Source of the DNA: Camelus ferus
Taxonomy: Eukaryota
Direction: 5' to 3'
NCBI RefSeq assembly: GCF_009834535.1
Contig: NC_045696.1
Location: forward strand, 109,742,001 to 109,806,000
Length of the DNA stretch: 64,000 nucleotides
The position numbers and the translations under genes were made by a program. Numbering within the stretch: the stretch's first letter is position 1; the number at the start of each line of letters is the position of its first letter. Under the pieces are notes generated by a model. It did no database searches and was not told the DNA's origin. It saw only the letters and a program-made list of their open reading frames with translations. Positions 24,750-36,829 of the stretch are shown here, one piece after another.

Positions 24750-25330
24750 TCCGCCCTTACAAGCCATAAACCCAGAGGCTCTAGCCCTAGCCTTCCCGGG
24801 ACGCCACGGCCGGCTGCACCACTCCATCCCCGCGGGCACCGCTCCACAGCAAGTGGACAACTCCGCCCTCTCCCGCAGCTACCACGGCGTCACTTCCGCC
24901 GGAAGAGGCGGGCACGTCCGCGCGGTTGGCGCGAAAGTCGGTTCGGGGTTCGGCAATTTCCGGGTCTGAGCCTACTTCGGGGCCGGGGGCGCCGCCGGGT
25001 GCGGCGGGTGTGCGCCGGGCTGGCGCCCGACCCCAGCCGCCGTCCCGCGGGCCGCGCGCCCCCCGACTCACAGCCGGGAGACTCCCAGGCTCCACCGAGG
25101 TGAGTGAGGCTCGTAGAGAGGACGCAGCTCCAGCCCCACCCCGCCATGGAGTCGCGACGCCGCCTCTGGCCTTCGGGGCCGAGGTTTCTCAACCCTGTAA
25201 ACGGCTCCCGGACCAGCGGGTGGGACTTAGACGTGAGAGAGGACGTGGCTGCGGGTGGATGGAGAGCCGGGCCTTTGCCTGGGACCAGGGGAGCAAGAGC
25301 GTCCGGCCTTTTAGGAGGCATGACTTTGCT
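24750..25330 (+). promoter_or_regulatory. TOPBP1: TOPBP1 CpG-island promoter with E2F and ETS/CRE sites
   Basis: CpG-rich. TTGGCGCGAAA (E2F) at 24926-24936, CGTCACTTCCG (ETS-CRE composite) at 24888-24898, CCGGAAG at ~24899-24905. TOPBP1 is an established E2F target. Confidence 0.85.
24930..25099 (+). other. TOPBP1: TOPBP1 exon 1 (non-coding; TSS approximate)
   Basis: Strong donor GAG|GTGAGT at 25100 inside the CpG island, upstream of the ATG-containing exon. Confidence 0.7.
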
Positions 25331-25739
25331 CGCTGATTTTCCTGTTTATATTTAAAGTCTGTTTACTGAGAGCTGAATAAGCGGGGTCCACGGATACCCA
25401 CAGGGACCTTTTCGTTCTGAGCATCCTTGAGCTAAGTGCAATTGAATGTCCATAGGCCTAGGGGACTTAGAGCCTCAGAGCATAGGCCCTCGATGTATTC
25501 AATTTAGCGACCTTAATTTCGTCCTCTGATTTGCAAAGATTGGTGTTGTCATCATTTTCCTTGACTTTGCCCACCTTCTGGTGTTTACAAACTGTAATGG
25601 ACGAATTCACGGGCAAGACCAGAATGTTTGTTCATAAGCGTTCTTACCTGTGCAGAAAAATAGTTGCTTTAAACATTTAACTTCATATGTAATGCGTTTT
25701 TGCTCTTATTAATGGTTCCTTTATTTTGCCAGTTCAAAA

Positions 25740-25823
25740 ATGTCCAAAAATGACAAAGAACCGTTTTTTGTGAAGTTTTTAAAGTCGTCAGACAATTCCG
25801 AATGTTTTTTTAAAGCTCTTGAG
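25740..25823 (+). CDS. TOPBP1: TOPBP1 exon 2 coding part (exon starts 25733): MSKNDKEPFFVKFLKSSDNSECFFKALE
   Basis: Recognisable TOPBP1 N-terminus; acceptor AG 25731-32, donor GTAAGA 25824; 84 nt. Confidence 0.95.
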
Positions 25824-26359
25824 GTAAGAATTCTTGAAAACGTCTTGTTTGATGCTGTGAATTTTCTTGTTTTGGTGCTCTTGATTTATTTGGCCTTATA
25901 TGTCTTACGCAGTTATTTAATTTTCTTAATAGTTTTACTGTAGTCTACATTAGGAGAGATATCATTGTTACACATTTTTAAATTGACATATTATGTATTG
26001 GCAGAGGCTTGCAATCTTAATAACATTTCTATTGAAAGTGGTGGACCAGCTGTTCTTGGAAATTAAGTTGTTTTGTCTATTACCCATAGACCTTTGTGTG
26101 TTGAAAAATTTGAGTTGGTCCTGTATTTGTTACCCTTCATTACTTTTGTTAATTGTTTAAAGTTTCATTATGTACAGTGTATTATGGGAGAATATAGGGG
26201 TAGCGTAGAGCCTTGCTACTCACAGACCCCAGCAGCATCACCATGGCCTGAAAGTTGGGTCCCAGCTCAGAATTACCAATTAGAATCTGCTTTTTAACAA
26301 GATCCTTTGCACATTAAACTTTAAGAAACACTGTTGTAGCAGGTTTTTCTTTGAAGGTT

Positions 26360-27690
26360 CACTCCTTCAGTAAATAATCGTCTGATAAGCGGTGTTCTAG
26401 TACTTGGGATACATCAGTGATAAGAGCAGGCAAAGATCTATACTTTCTTAGAACTTACATTCTAAGTTCTAGCAGGAGGAAATAGGCATTAATCAGACAT
26501 GTAAATGAGTAAACTGTATAGTATGTTAAAAGTGCTAAGTGCTGTGGGAAGAGAAAAGCAAAACAGGTTAAAGGAGAGTATTTTAGATAGAGAAGGGAAA
26601 ATTACAATTTATTTTAAGTAGAATGTGATCAGGGTAGACTTTACGGAGAAGACAATATTTGAGTACTCTTGGAGCAGATGAGATAATGAGCAATGCAGAT
26701 ATCTAGGGAAGTTTTCAAGACAGAGGGGACAATCATACACAGGCCCCTGGGAAAGTGCTTACATTGTCTATCCAACACGAGTGTGGCTGTGGTGTAGTGA
26801 GCAAGGGATGGAGGAAGAAGGTTAAGGTGTGCTTCAGAGAGGAGAGTAGAGAGGTCATGTGGGCCTTGTGGGCCATTGTAAGGACTTCAGCTTTTTCTTC
26901 CAATGAGATGATGAGCCAGTGGAGGGTTTTAATCAGAGGAGTAACGTGATCTGAGTTAATGGTTTTGAAAGGATCACTAAGTATTTAACATAGGACTTCC
27001 AACATTTGCTCAGAAAATATTTGAGTGCTTACTGGGAGCCAGGATATGTTGGCAAACAAGATAGATCATGAAACTTTCATTCTTATAAGGGAGAGAGACA
27101 AAAACTATAGCTATATGTAATATCAATGTTATTTTTCTTCATAAAATACATTACAGGGATAGAGAAAAAGTATTTTAGAAAGTATGATCAGGAAAGGCAT
27201 CTCTGAGGAGGTGACATTGAGCAGATCTGATTGAAGTGAGAGATCAAGTCAGGGGAAGTCCTGGGAGAAGAGTGTTCCAGGCAGCAGGAACAAGACAAAG
27301 CATCTAATTGAGATCATGTTTAGCTTGTTCAGGCCTAGCAAGAAAACAGGAGTGGCTAGAGGAGAGTGAGCCAAAGGGATGAGAGGTAGAAGGTAAGTGC
27401 TGGAGACAGGCAGGGGCCAGACCCTGTGGTCTTGTAGGCCACTGTAAGAAATTTGGATTTTATTCTGAGTGGTCAAAAGCTATGGGAGGTTTTGAGCAGA
27501 GTGACATGGCCTGATTTGTATTGTTGAAAAGATTAACTCTGTGTAGAGAACAGAGTTAGGACAAGGGATGGAGAAGGAACCACTTTGGAGATTTCTGCAG
27601 AGGTCTAGTGAGAGATGACGGTTGCTTTCAATAGGATAAGGGCTGGATTTGAGATGGACTTTGAAGATGGAGTTCATAGGACATAAATAC
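26360..27690. mobile_element. L2 fragments in TOPBP1 intron 2
   Basis: caggaaaggcatctctgaggaggtgacattgagcag, gttccaggcagcaggaac, ggaggttttgagcag motifs. Confidence 0.7.
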
Positions 27691-27732
27691 AGGTAAATAA
27701 TTTTAGATGCATTATTTCATTTTTTCTTTCAG

Positions 27733-27867
27733 TCAATAAAAGAGTTCCAGTCAGAAGAATATCTTCAGATTATTACAGAAGAAGAGGCATTGAAGATAAA
27801 GGAGAATGATAGATCACTTTATATCTGTGACCCTTTTAGTGGCATTGTCTTTGATCATCTCAGAAAG
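27733..27867 (+). CDS. TOPBP1: TOPBP1 exon 3 (BRCT0): SIKEFQSEEYLQII...VFDHLRK
   Basis: tttcAG acceptor, GTTTGC donor, 135 nt, in frame. Confidence 0.93.
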
Positions 27868-29370
27868 GTTTGCTCACTTTAGTGTATTCCTTCGGTGGCC
27901 TGTTATTTTGGTTTGTTTTTGTTTCAGTGAACATAAGTTCTTTACTGATCATGAAATATTTTGCAAATTATGAATACAGGAAATCTTTTGGTTTTGGAAG
28001 CCCAGAATAGTATTTTTAAAGGTTAATCATGTTACAGTAGTCTTTGGTTAATATGCAATTTTTATATTTCAGGGAATTTAGCTTCATTGAGTGTAAGTTA
28101 ACCCAATAGTAATGAAGCATTTTATTGATGAAGTTCTACTATACTTACATTCAGTTTGATTACAAGAAATATCAAGGAAAAATAATAAAGAATAGGAAAA
28201 GACTTCAACATAATGCTTGGTTACTTACTGTCTTACCTATGTGCACTTGAATTTTAGTACCTGTACCTTGTATAGGGTCTGAAAAATTATATGCTAAAAG
28301 GAATCATTTCGGGGATGAGCATTGCTAATATACCAATGAGCCATCTTATTTCTTTCTGTTGATTCTAGAGTCTACTGACTCATTACTTTTTTGGTGTCTG
28401 GACAAGAGAGAAGCATTGAAATAAAAGTAAACTGGCTGTAATTCCATTCAGATTACAAAGAAGTGATTCTTGTTTGAAGGAGAAGAAAACATAGAAGAGT
28501 AGGTAGATGCAGTACTGTCTGTGCAGTATACGGAAGGTCTGTGCCCACCTTTGCCAGAAGCATTGCTGGTCTCACCCTCCTTTTGCAAATAACACTGGCT
28601 TGTCAGATAGAATCAATAGCATCAAAATCTCACTTTTCTTATGACTGACCAAAAAGATAGCAACAGTCACTTCCCCTGTAGATTTTTAAATTAGTCATGC
28701 TTTGGTGACTTTGGCAACTGTAGGCTTTTAGTCTGGCTTGGATGTGCTGATGTCAAGCAAGACTGTCACCTTTCTCAATTATCAATGAAAATGAAAGGTC
28801 ATTTTTTGAGTAACCTGCAGTATCTTAGGAGAAGTCATTGTGGGTCTTCCTTGGGAAGACATTAAGTTGTGGACAAAATATTTTTTTTTAATGTGGAAAA
28901 TGCCTAGGATTATACTTTTTTTGGTAATACAATAGGTATTTTAGAGGAGGATTATTTGGGCTGTTATAATTTTAAACTGCTTCATTGGCTGGGTGCTTCA
29001 TTTGAAAAGTAAATGTAGAGATTTCCTAATTATTACAGCATAAATTTATTATTCATAGTCACCTGTCATTAAAATTGTGTTTGTTTCAGAGATTTAATGG
29101 CAGCTTAATGCCAGTTTTAAGTTAGTGTGGCTTTTGGAGCTTATTTCTTTTGATAGCCTACATTGTTTGGTTTGCTTGGGTGTGTATGTTAACATGTGTT
29201 ATGTGTGAGGAATTATATAATGGTCTTCATTTTTGTTTTTCTTGTTACAATTTGGTGGTTTTTTCCCCATGGTCATTAACTTCTATAAAGAATTGGTAAA
29301 TATTACAAAATGTAATTTTATAAGACTGGAGGGCTTTTCCTACTTATTTAAACTTTTTCTTTTTTTGTAG

Positions 29371-29514
29371 CTTGGCTGCAGAATTGTTGGTCCTCAAGTA
29401 GTCATGTTTTGTATGCACCACCAGCGATGTGTCCCAAGAGCTGAGCATCCAGTTTATAATATGGTTATGTCTGATGTAACCATATCTTGTACAAGCTTGG
29501 AAAAAGACAGAAGG
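29371..29514 (+). CDS. TOPBP1: TOPBP1 exon 4: [11 protein letters not shown]...SLEKDRR
   Basis: ttttgtAG / GTAGGT, 144 nt. Confidence 0.95.
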
Positions 29515-30183
29515 GTAGGTGTTGAGAGGAATGTCATGATCTCTCTCTCTCTTCATATATATTTTCCCACACTTAATTTTTCTCTGTGCGGGGGCTACTT
29601 GGAAAGACCTTGCACTTGGTATTCATGACTTAACAACAAAGTCAGGATGACAGTGTATTTTTTTTAATTTTTAAATAAATTAAATACAGTGAAATCTTTC
29701 ATTGAAAACTGGCTAATAGAAGTTTTTTGTTTTGATTTAAAAAAGGAAACTCATTTTTTTCTGCATAATTGATGAGTTTGTTTTTCAGTCACATTTTTTC
29801 CACCATTGGTTAATCTTTTAAAAAAGGATTCTGAGAGTTATATATAACATACATGTTTTTATATATTATATATATAATTTATATTTTTTAATTATGTGTA
29901 TATTAAAATATATTGTTTACTATAGAAGCAACATAGTTAAATAAATTCATGGAGTTGAAAAAGATAAATATAGGAAAATAATGTGTATAAAGGTAATCTA
30001 ACATTTATACTTTACATTTATCTTCCAAAAAGTAATTTTGTTTATTATTTAACTTTATAGTGGTGAGAAATGTTTGTGCATTCAAGCTAACAACAGCAAA
30101 AGATTTTTATGGGATATTGTATAAAAAACTGGAAGAGATTGTTTGCTTCAGTGTTAATAATATATTTTCTTTTGGGGCTACAG

Positions 30184-30365
30184 GAAGAAGTTCATAAATA
30201 TGTACAAATGATGGGTGGACGTGTATACAGAGACCTTAACATATCAGTAACTCACCTTATTGCAGGAGAAGTTGGTAGCAAAAAATACCTAGTCGCTGCG
30301 AACCTAAAGAAACCTATTTTGCTTCCTTCTTGGATAAAAACACTTTGGGAGAAGTCACAGGAGAA
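30184..30365 (+). CDS. TOPBP1: TOPBP1 exon 5 (BRCT1): [12 protein letters not shown]...WEKSQE(K)
   Basis: cAG / GTAAGA, 182 nt; BRCT motifs GG, THLI, W. Confidence 0.95.
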
Positions 30366-31585
30366 GTAAGAAAGATATTTTGACATTTTCTAGATTTGAA
30401 AAAATGATACATTCAGTCATTTTGACATATTGTTGGTTTTCATAGGGGAGGTTTCATGATATCCTCTTCGGATTTGCCATTTTGGTGCAAAAATAAGATT
30501 ATTATTCTTTCCTCCAATGGAAAAAAAAGATAATCTGCAAGCTGTCATTATCATGGTACAAGTTGATAGGTAGAATGAGCTGTGGGCTTAGCATTAGCTA
30601 TAAGGTAAGAAATGCTTTGATAATAAAATTGTTTTCAGTGGTAAACATTCATTAAATAGTTGAGAAAATCATTGTGGCAAGTGTAGCTGTTACGTTGCCT
30701 TATCCTCCAAGGCTGTGCCTGTATGTTAAGTTGGAGAGTAAATTTTAGCTGCTTTGGCATTTGTGTTCCCTCCCAAAAGGGGCATATGTAAGGTTGAATA
30801 TAAACATACATAAGCCATTAACTGAAATGCGATCATTCAGTAAATGTTAACTGAGCCTATTTTATGTACCTGGCGTGAGCTAGGCATTAGGTATAAGTAG
30901 AGAGCAAAACAGGACAGCGTCTGTGCCTTTGTGGAGCTTAGAGCCTATTTCAAAGGATAGAATTGAGTTTCCTTTAAAATTAGACTAACAACCAAAAAGT
31001 CCAGGTACCACTGTTTGAATTAAATAGGCATTTTTCCAGTCTTCCTTTCAACACCACCCAGCACATCCTAAACACGTCTCCTCATTGGCACCCTCATTCC
31101 TAGCCTGTCTCATCAGCACATCTGCCTAGTATGGCAAAGAATTATATTTTTGTTGGTATTCTGACAAAAATCATTGCTTATTATTTATATAGTATAGTGG
31201 ACGAATTAAAAATCTGTTTTCTAGTAGACAACCAAAGAACCTTTGGGTGTTAGAAATTTAGAAATTTTGGAAAATGCACTGCTTTGACCAGCATGGACTT
31301 AGAGTTAATGAAATATATATTTTCCCTTAATACAGTTTTATTTGAGAGGCTCTATCTGAAACATTAATTTTTATTAGAGACATGATTTGAGCTAGATGAG
31401 CAATTAGTATAATTCTAAGCGTGTTTGTCAGTTCTCCTTTTCTTAAAAATGATTAAAATGCTAAAAAATGAGGAAATCATTCATGATATTCCTATTGTTT
31501 GTCATTATTCTCCTAGTAAATTTTTAAGCTATCTGGTATATAAAATATGTTGATTTTTTTCCTTTTTATCATTTGTTTTCCCCAG

Positions 31586-31782
31586 AAAAATAGCTAGGTA
31601 TACCGATATAAACATGGAAGACTTCAAGTGTCCTGTTTTTCTTGGTTGCATAATCTGTGTGACTGGCTTATGTGGCTTAGACAGGAAAGCAGTACAGCGA
31701 CTCACAGTTAAGCATGGAGGTCAATACATGGGACAATTAAAAATGAATGAATGTACACACCTCATTGTGCAAGAACCAAAAG
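31586..31782 (+). CDS. TOPBP1: TOPBP1 exon 6 (BRCT2): [18 protein letters not shown]...[10 protein letters not shown](G)
   Basis: cccAG / GTAAAA, 197 nt. Confidence 0.95.
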
Positions 31783-33234
31783 GTAAAATTGTTTCCCAAA
31801 TGGATGAATGCAAGATTGTCTCTAGTATTGAACATTTTAAAATCTTTATAGCATAGCTTTTACTTGTGACATGTCATAAATCTGCTATGATATTTTTTCC
31901 TCTAAAGTCTTACAAAGATAGTTTGGTTTACAATCTGTAGGAAAATATCATGACTATCCTAGTGTTTACAAGGTCATTGAATAAATATTAAACAAAAGTT
32001 TCCAGTGATGTTTTATCTAAATTTATTATCAGAGCTTTAAGTCCCCACATGTTACCAAATACTTAAGAGATGAAAAATTTGGGTGAATAACAAAAAAGCT
32101 AGTAGATGTAGCTAAATTGTGGTTTTTTCTAATGATAAATTTTTAAGTCTTGGCATAGTTTTTAATTGAATGAATCAGCTTTGCTGAACGGACTAGAAGT
32201 TTTAACTTGAAGATAACACCTTGCAGAACATGAGACAATTAAAAGAAGAAAATTACATTACCAAGAAGCAGCAATTAAAATTGTTACTAATTTTGGTGTT
32301 CTATAACCTTTATACCTATTCTGGAAAATATTTTTTATCAGTACTCTTAAAATATGTAAAAATTGATGAGATGAGAATTTTGTTAATATTTTTATCTCTA
32401 TTTTTATCTATACTGTGTTTTACAAAACTACCTAAGTAAGAAAATTAGAAAAAAAAAAGTTAAAGTTAATTGATAATTGTCCTTAAGTCAGAACTTCAGG
32501 TATGGCCAATTATGATTGTGTGTAAAGTTGATAACTGCTGTTGGTTTTCTGAATCTGAAGACAGTTCATCTCTTAGCTCTGAAGAATGTAAAAAAGGAAA
32601 ACCTTTTCATGTTATTGTTTACTACATTTGACCTCAATTTCTCTATCATACTATTTCAGAATGCATTGTATTAAAAGTTTTTTTAAGGCAATAAGAAAAT
32701 ACATTTTTAAATATGATTTATTTGTCTATTCACCTGTCTACCCTAGACTTCAAATAGAATCGTATTGACGTAGGAGTAGTCTATTGAAAGTTGGTATTTT
32801 TTATATTGCAGACATTTACACTTTTCACAGTTGTTTCATGTAGTCTTACTAAAACCACATAATTCTGTGAGTTATCCCACGTTACAGACTAAGAAGCTGG
32901 TTTAAAAAATTTAAGTGATAGAGGCTATACTCAGTCAAGTCTGACATTATTTCAGTTGCCCCACAGTTGCCTCTGTCTCTGCAGTTTAGTAAAAGATAAA
33001 CTCCCTCACATAGCATATGCGTTTACACAACACATAGAAAATATAATTGGGTAATAACCTAAAATATTACTTTCTCATACACTATATAGCCTATTGGTTA
33101 AAAGTAAGAATAATTGCTGGTAACTTTAATTTTGTCTCAGGTGGGGTTTTTTTCCATAACCTGTCATAATTTGAGTATTTCTGCAAAAACAGATTTTAAT
33201 GGTTTGTATCTCTCTCTCTCAATGAACATAATAG

Positions 33235-33414
33235 GTCAAAAATATGAATGTGCCAAAAGATGGAATGTACACTGTGTGACCACACAGTGGTTTTTTGACA
33301 GTGTTGAGAAAGGTTTTTGTCAGGATGAATCTATGTACAAGACCGAGCCTAGACCAGAAACAAAGAGTATGCCTGATACTTCAACTCCTACTGGCCAGAT
33401 CAACACAATTGATA
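33235..33414 (+). CDS. TOPBP1: TOPBP1 exon 7: (G)[14 protein letters not shown]...QINTID(S)
   Basis: atAG / GTAAGT, 180 nt. Confidence 0.95.
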
Positions 33415-34152
33415 GTAAGTCTCTGTAGGATTAAATAAACAATCATTTTAAGACAATCAGTTTTCTATGTAAGAATTTATTTGTTAAGGGGATCAGTGAG
33501 GTACAGTAATGAATTTCATCTTTTCTTGCCGTGCTTCCAGGTATAATTGTATAATAAAATAACCAAATTGTATTAAAAAATTAGTCCAGAGCTCCTGATA
33601 TTTCTTTTTATAATGAATGCATGCTTTCTTTTATACCCTGATGTAGTGTAGAAGATGATTAAAGAAATTAAGAATACTAGTAGGTAAAGACTAAAAATAA
33701 GGGAATTCATTTTTTAAAACTTGACTGGCATACAAATATTAGTAAGTTTTCTTTGTTAGTTTACTGCAACTGTTATAGATCATCTATATTCATATAAAAT
33801 TTGAAACCTTTTCTGTCTTGGAGGTACCATGTTAGCAATTTAATAAATGTTATAAAATCTTTTTCAAATATAAGCTTCCTGGACCTTAAAGTCAGCAACG
33901 TCAGATTTTTATTGGAATCAAGTCACTACTAGGGAAATGTATTAAATACATTTTCATTTAAATAAGATATGAACCTTAATTTCATTTTCCCTTTTCATAC
34001 TTTGCCACCGACATTTTCAGTAAAAGCATTTGAATCTTAATCTGGAAACTGTTTATAGCTCTTTTTGTATAAGGAAAGTTAATCTATAGGAAAATGTGTA
34101 ATCAGAATTATTTTATCTTCATAAATTTATACATCTCTTGTTTAATATGTAG

Positions 34153-34322
34153 GTCGTACTCTTTCAGATGTCAGCCATATTTCCAACATCAATGCGAGTT
34201 GCATAAATGAATCTATATATAATTCAGTTCTTAATAGCAAAGTGGAGCCTACTTTTGAAAATCTGGAAAATCTGGATGTCAGTGCATTTCAAGCACCTGA
34301 AGATTTATTGGATGGTTGTCGG
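34153..34322 (+). CDS. TOPBP1: TOPBP1 exon 8: (S)[11 protein letters not shown]...EDLLDGCR
   Basis: gtAG / GTATGT, 170 nt, phase-consistent. Confidence 0.93.
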
Positions 34323-35207
34323 GTATGTCTTTAACATGTAGTAAATGCAGTAAGTGATAATATACATTAGTACTTCTGGTTTCACTTTGAAGACCCTTCA
34401 GAGTTGGACTTGGCCTTATCTGTGTAAACCCTCCACTCTAGCTAAGCAGATGCTCTCATTAGGCCATGTCCATCTTTTAGCTGTTAGGGTCTCTCTGCCT
34501 GGGATGTACCTCCATCTGTCATCCTTTGAAGTTCATAGCACTTTTCAACTCTGCTCATAATTTTTCCATCTACTGTGTTTTGAGAGCATTTAGTTTCTGA
34601 ACCACTTAATGGATTTTTATTTATACCATCATTTATTAGGTGTTTATAATATGCTAGACACTGTTAATTATTTCATATATATTGTTAATATGTTGTATAT
34701 AATCCCACTTAATTCCCATGAATAACTCTAAAACAGATACCATCTTGAGTCTAAGACTTCGAGGATTAAAGTTCTTGTTCAGAGTCTCACACTAAGTAGC
34801 CAGCCATCTACTCCAAACCCTGTATTCCTAGCCTGTATTAGGCACACTGCTTTGTTTAATAACTCTTGGGCTATTTAATTTTTTGTGTGTCTGAGTAACT
34901 ATCTTATAGTGCCTTGATGGAAACATCACATGTGTCTTCTAGAACGGAATACTTAATATATTCCTGCTTGTAGAATCAATAGGCTATGCATTAATTCTCA
35001 AAGAGTAGCAAAGATTTAACCCTCTTTTATTCCTAAGGAAACTGGACAAATTACCTTCTTTCTATACTTTTAAAACTTAGTTTACTGGCAGAACAGAAAT
35101 TCTGTTGCATAATCTTTTATCCTAGACAATACTAATTCTGGATATGACTTAATTATTCTTTACTTATAGGAAGTGTATGATTTCTAATTTTTGTTAAAAA
35201 ATAGTCT

Positions 35208-35389
35208 TTGTTTCCTTTTTAAAATTTTTTTTTGAATTTTTTAATAGAATTTTTTTAAGCTTTTAGTTTTTTGGGGGATGGGGGAAGTAATTAGGTATTT
35301 ACTTATTTGTAAGGGAGGTTCTGGGGATTGAACCCACCACGTCATGCATGCTAAGCTTGTGCTCTACCACTGAGCTATACCCTCCCCCC
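35208..35389 (-). mobile_element. tRNA-derived SINE (Vic-1-like)
   Basis: ggggattgaaccc...ctaccactgagctataccctcccc with a T-rich tail to the left. Confidence 0.85.
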
Positions 35390-36157
35390 AAAATATATTC
35401 TAGTAATAAAGGTTATTTAGTTTGGGATATAAATGCAGTTAGGAACAGAATGGTCATTCTTAAGAAATTTTTTAAAGACACGTTATTAAAATAAAGAAGA
35501 TTGTTATTGATTAAATTGGCTTAAATATATACATATTGATAGTAAAAAACAACTTACTGCATACATATTATCCTCAAAGCATTATGCTCAGCTCTTTGAC
35601 TTAAATTTTCTTATTTAGTCAACTCTGGAAAAGATATCTCAATTTATAAATTAGAAAATTGGTTTAAAGTGTCTTAAGTATCTTGGCATGGTCATATGGT
35701 TAATCATTTGCAGCTAAACCAAAATTTAAACCTAGATTTTTTGAATTCAGACATTTAACTCCAGTTTATTTCTATAATTACTGTAAAATTTATAGGTAGA
35801 AAGATCTTTACAATTTAAGAGGCTATCTGCATTTTAGAAATTTCTGTGCACTAATATTCAGAAGATAATTGATTCTGGCTTCTATTTTATTTAAAGCCTC
35901 AAAATACCTATCAAGTGTCTACTGTAAAGGATAAAATGCTCTGAGATTGTGAGGAAGTGATAAAATAAAAATTAAGAATCCTTAAAAAATCAGTTTCAGC
36001 AAGTACTCCAACTCCTAACATATGGTAAAATGTACATGAATTGTCTTATTTACATACAATGGGTTTAGATGTATATTTTTAATAAATTGGTTTCTATGTA
36101 GAGAAATAAACCATTTTAAATGCATTAATCTAAAGTAAGTATTTTCTTTCTTTGCAG

Positions 36158-36321
36158 ATATATCTTTGCGGTTTTAGTGGCCGAAAGCTAGATAAACTAA
36201 GAAGGCTTATTAACAGTGGAGGTGGAGTTCGTTTTAATCAGCTCAATGAAGATGTAACTCATGTTATTGTGGGAGATTATGATGACGAATTGAAGCAGTT
36301 TTGGGATAAATCAACCCACAG
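36158..36321 (+). CDS. TOPBP1: TOPBP1 exon 9 (BRCT3): [16 protein letters not shown]...KSTH(R)
   Basis: tttgcAG / GTTTTG (weak donor), 164 nt. Confidence 0.93.
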
Positions 36322-36470
36322 GTTTTGTCAGTTTTTAATTCAAAGCAATTTTTACTATGTAATGATTTTTCTTAAAATTACATGTCCCTGCAATTATGGA
36401 AGCTGCGTGGCAAGTGGGATGATGGCCTTTATCATTTAAACTAATATATAACAATGTACTATTTTTGTAG

Positions 36471-36721
36471 GCCTCATGTGGTGGGAGCACAGTGGTTGCT
36501 AGAGTGTTTTAGTAAAGGTTATATGCTTCCTGAAGAGCCATATATCCATGCTAACTACCGGCCAGTGGAAATTCCAGTTTCAGATCAACCTGAAAGTAAA
36601 GCAGCCCTTTTAAAAAGAAAGAACAGCACCTTCTCTAAGAAAGACTTTGCTCCTAATGAAAAGCATGAACAAGCTGATGAAGATCTGCTCTCTCAATACA
36701 TGGATGATAACCCAACAGTAG
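36471..36721 (+). CDS. TOPBP1: TOPBP1 exon 10: PHVVGAQWLLECF...DDNPTV(V)
   Basis: tttgtAG / GTAAGA, 251 nt. Confidence 0.95.
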
Positions 36722-36829
36722 GTAAGAAAGAGTGATTAGTGCTTACAGTCTTTAAGAAGTATTTTAGTAGCAGAATGCATACGTAAGTGATTTCTGCCAG
36801 ATGTTCTAGAACTTGAGTTGAACTAACCT

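Noticed and set aside
24601..25355. Cluster of overlapping Pro/Arg/Gly-rich ORFs, and similar ones at 5775-6366
   Set aside because: Expected in stop-poor CpG islands; only the 43-nt signal-peptide exon at 5984-6026 is supported.
33114..33234. In-frame upstream extension of the exon 7 ORF, and similar ORF-track overhangs at other TOPBP1 exons
   Set aside because: Chance read-through into introns; the phase chain and residue numbering fit only the canonical boundaries.
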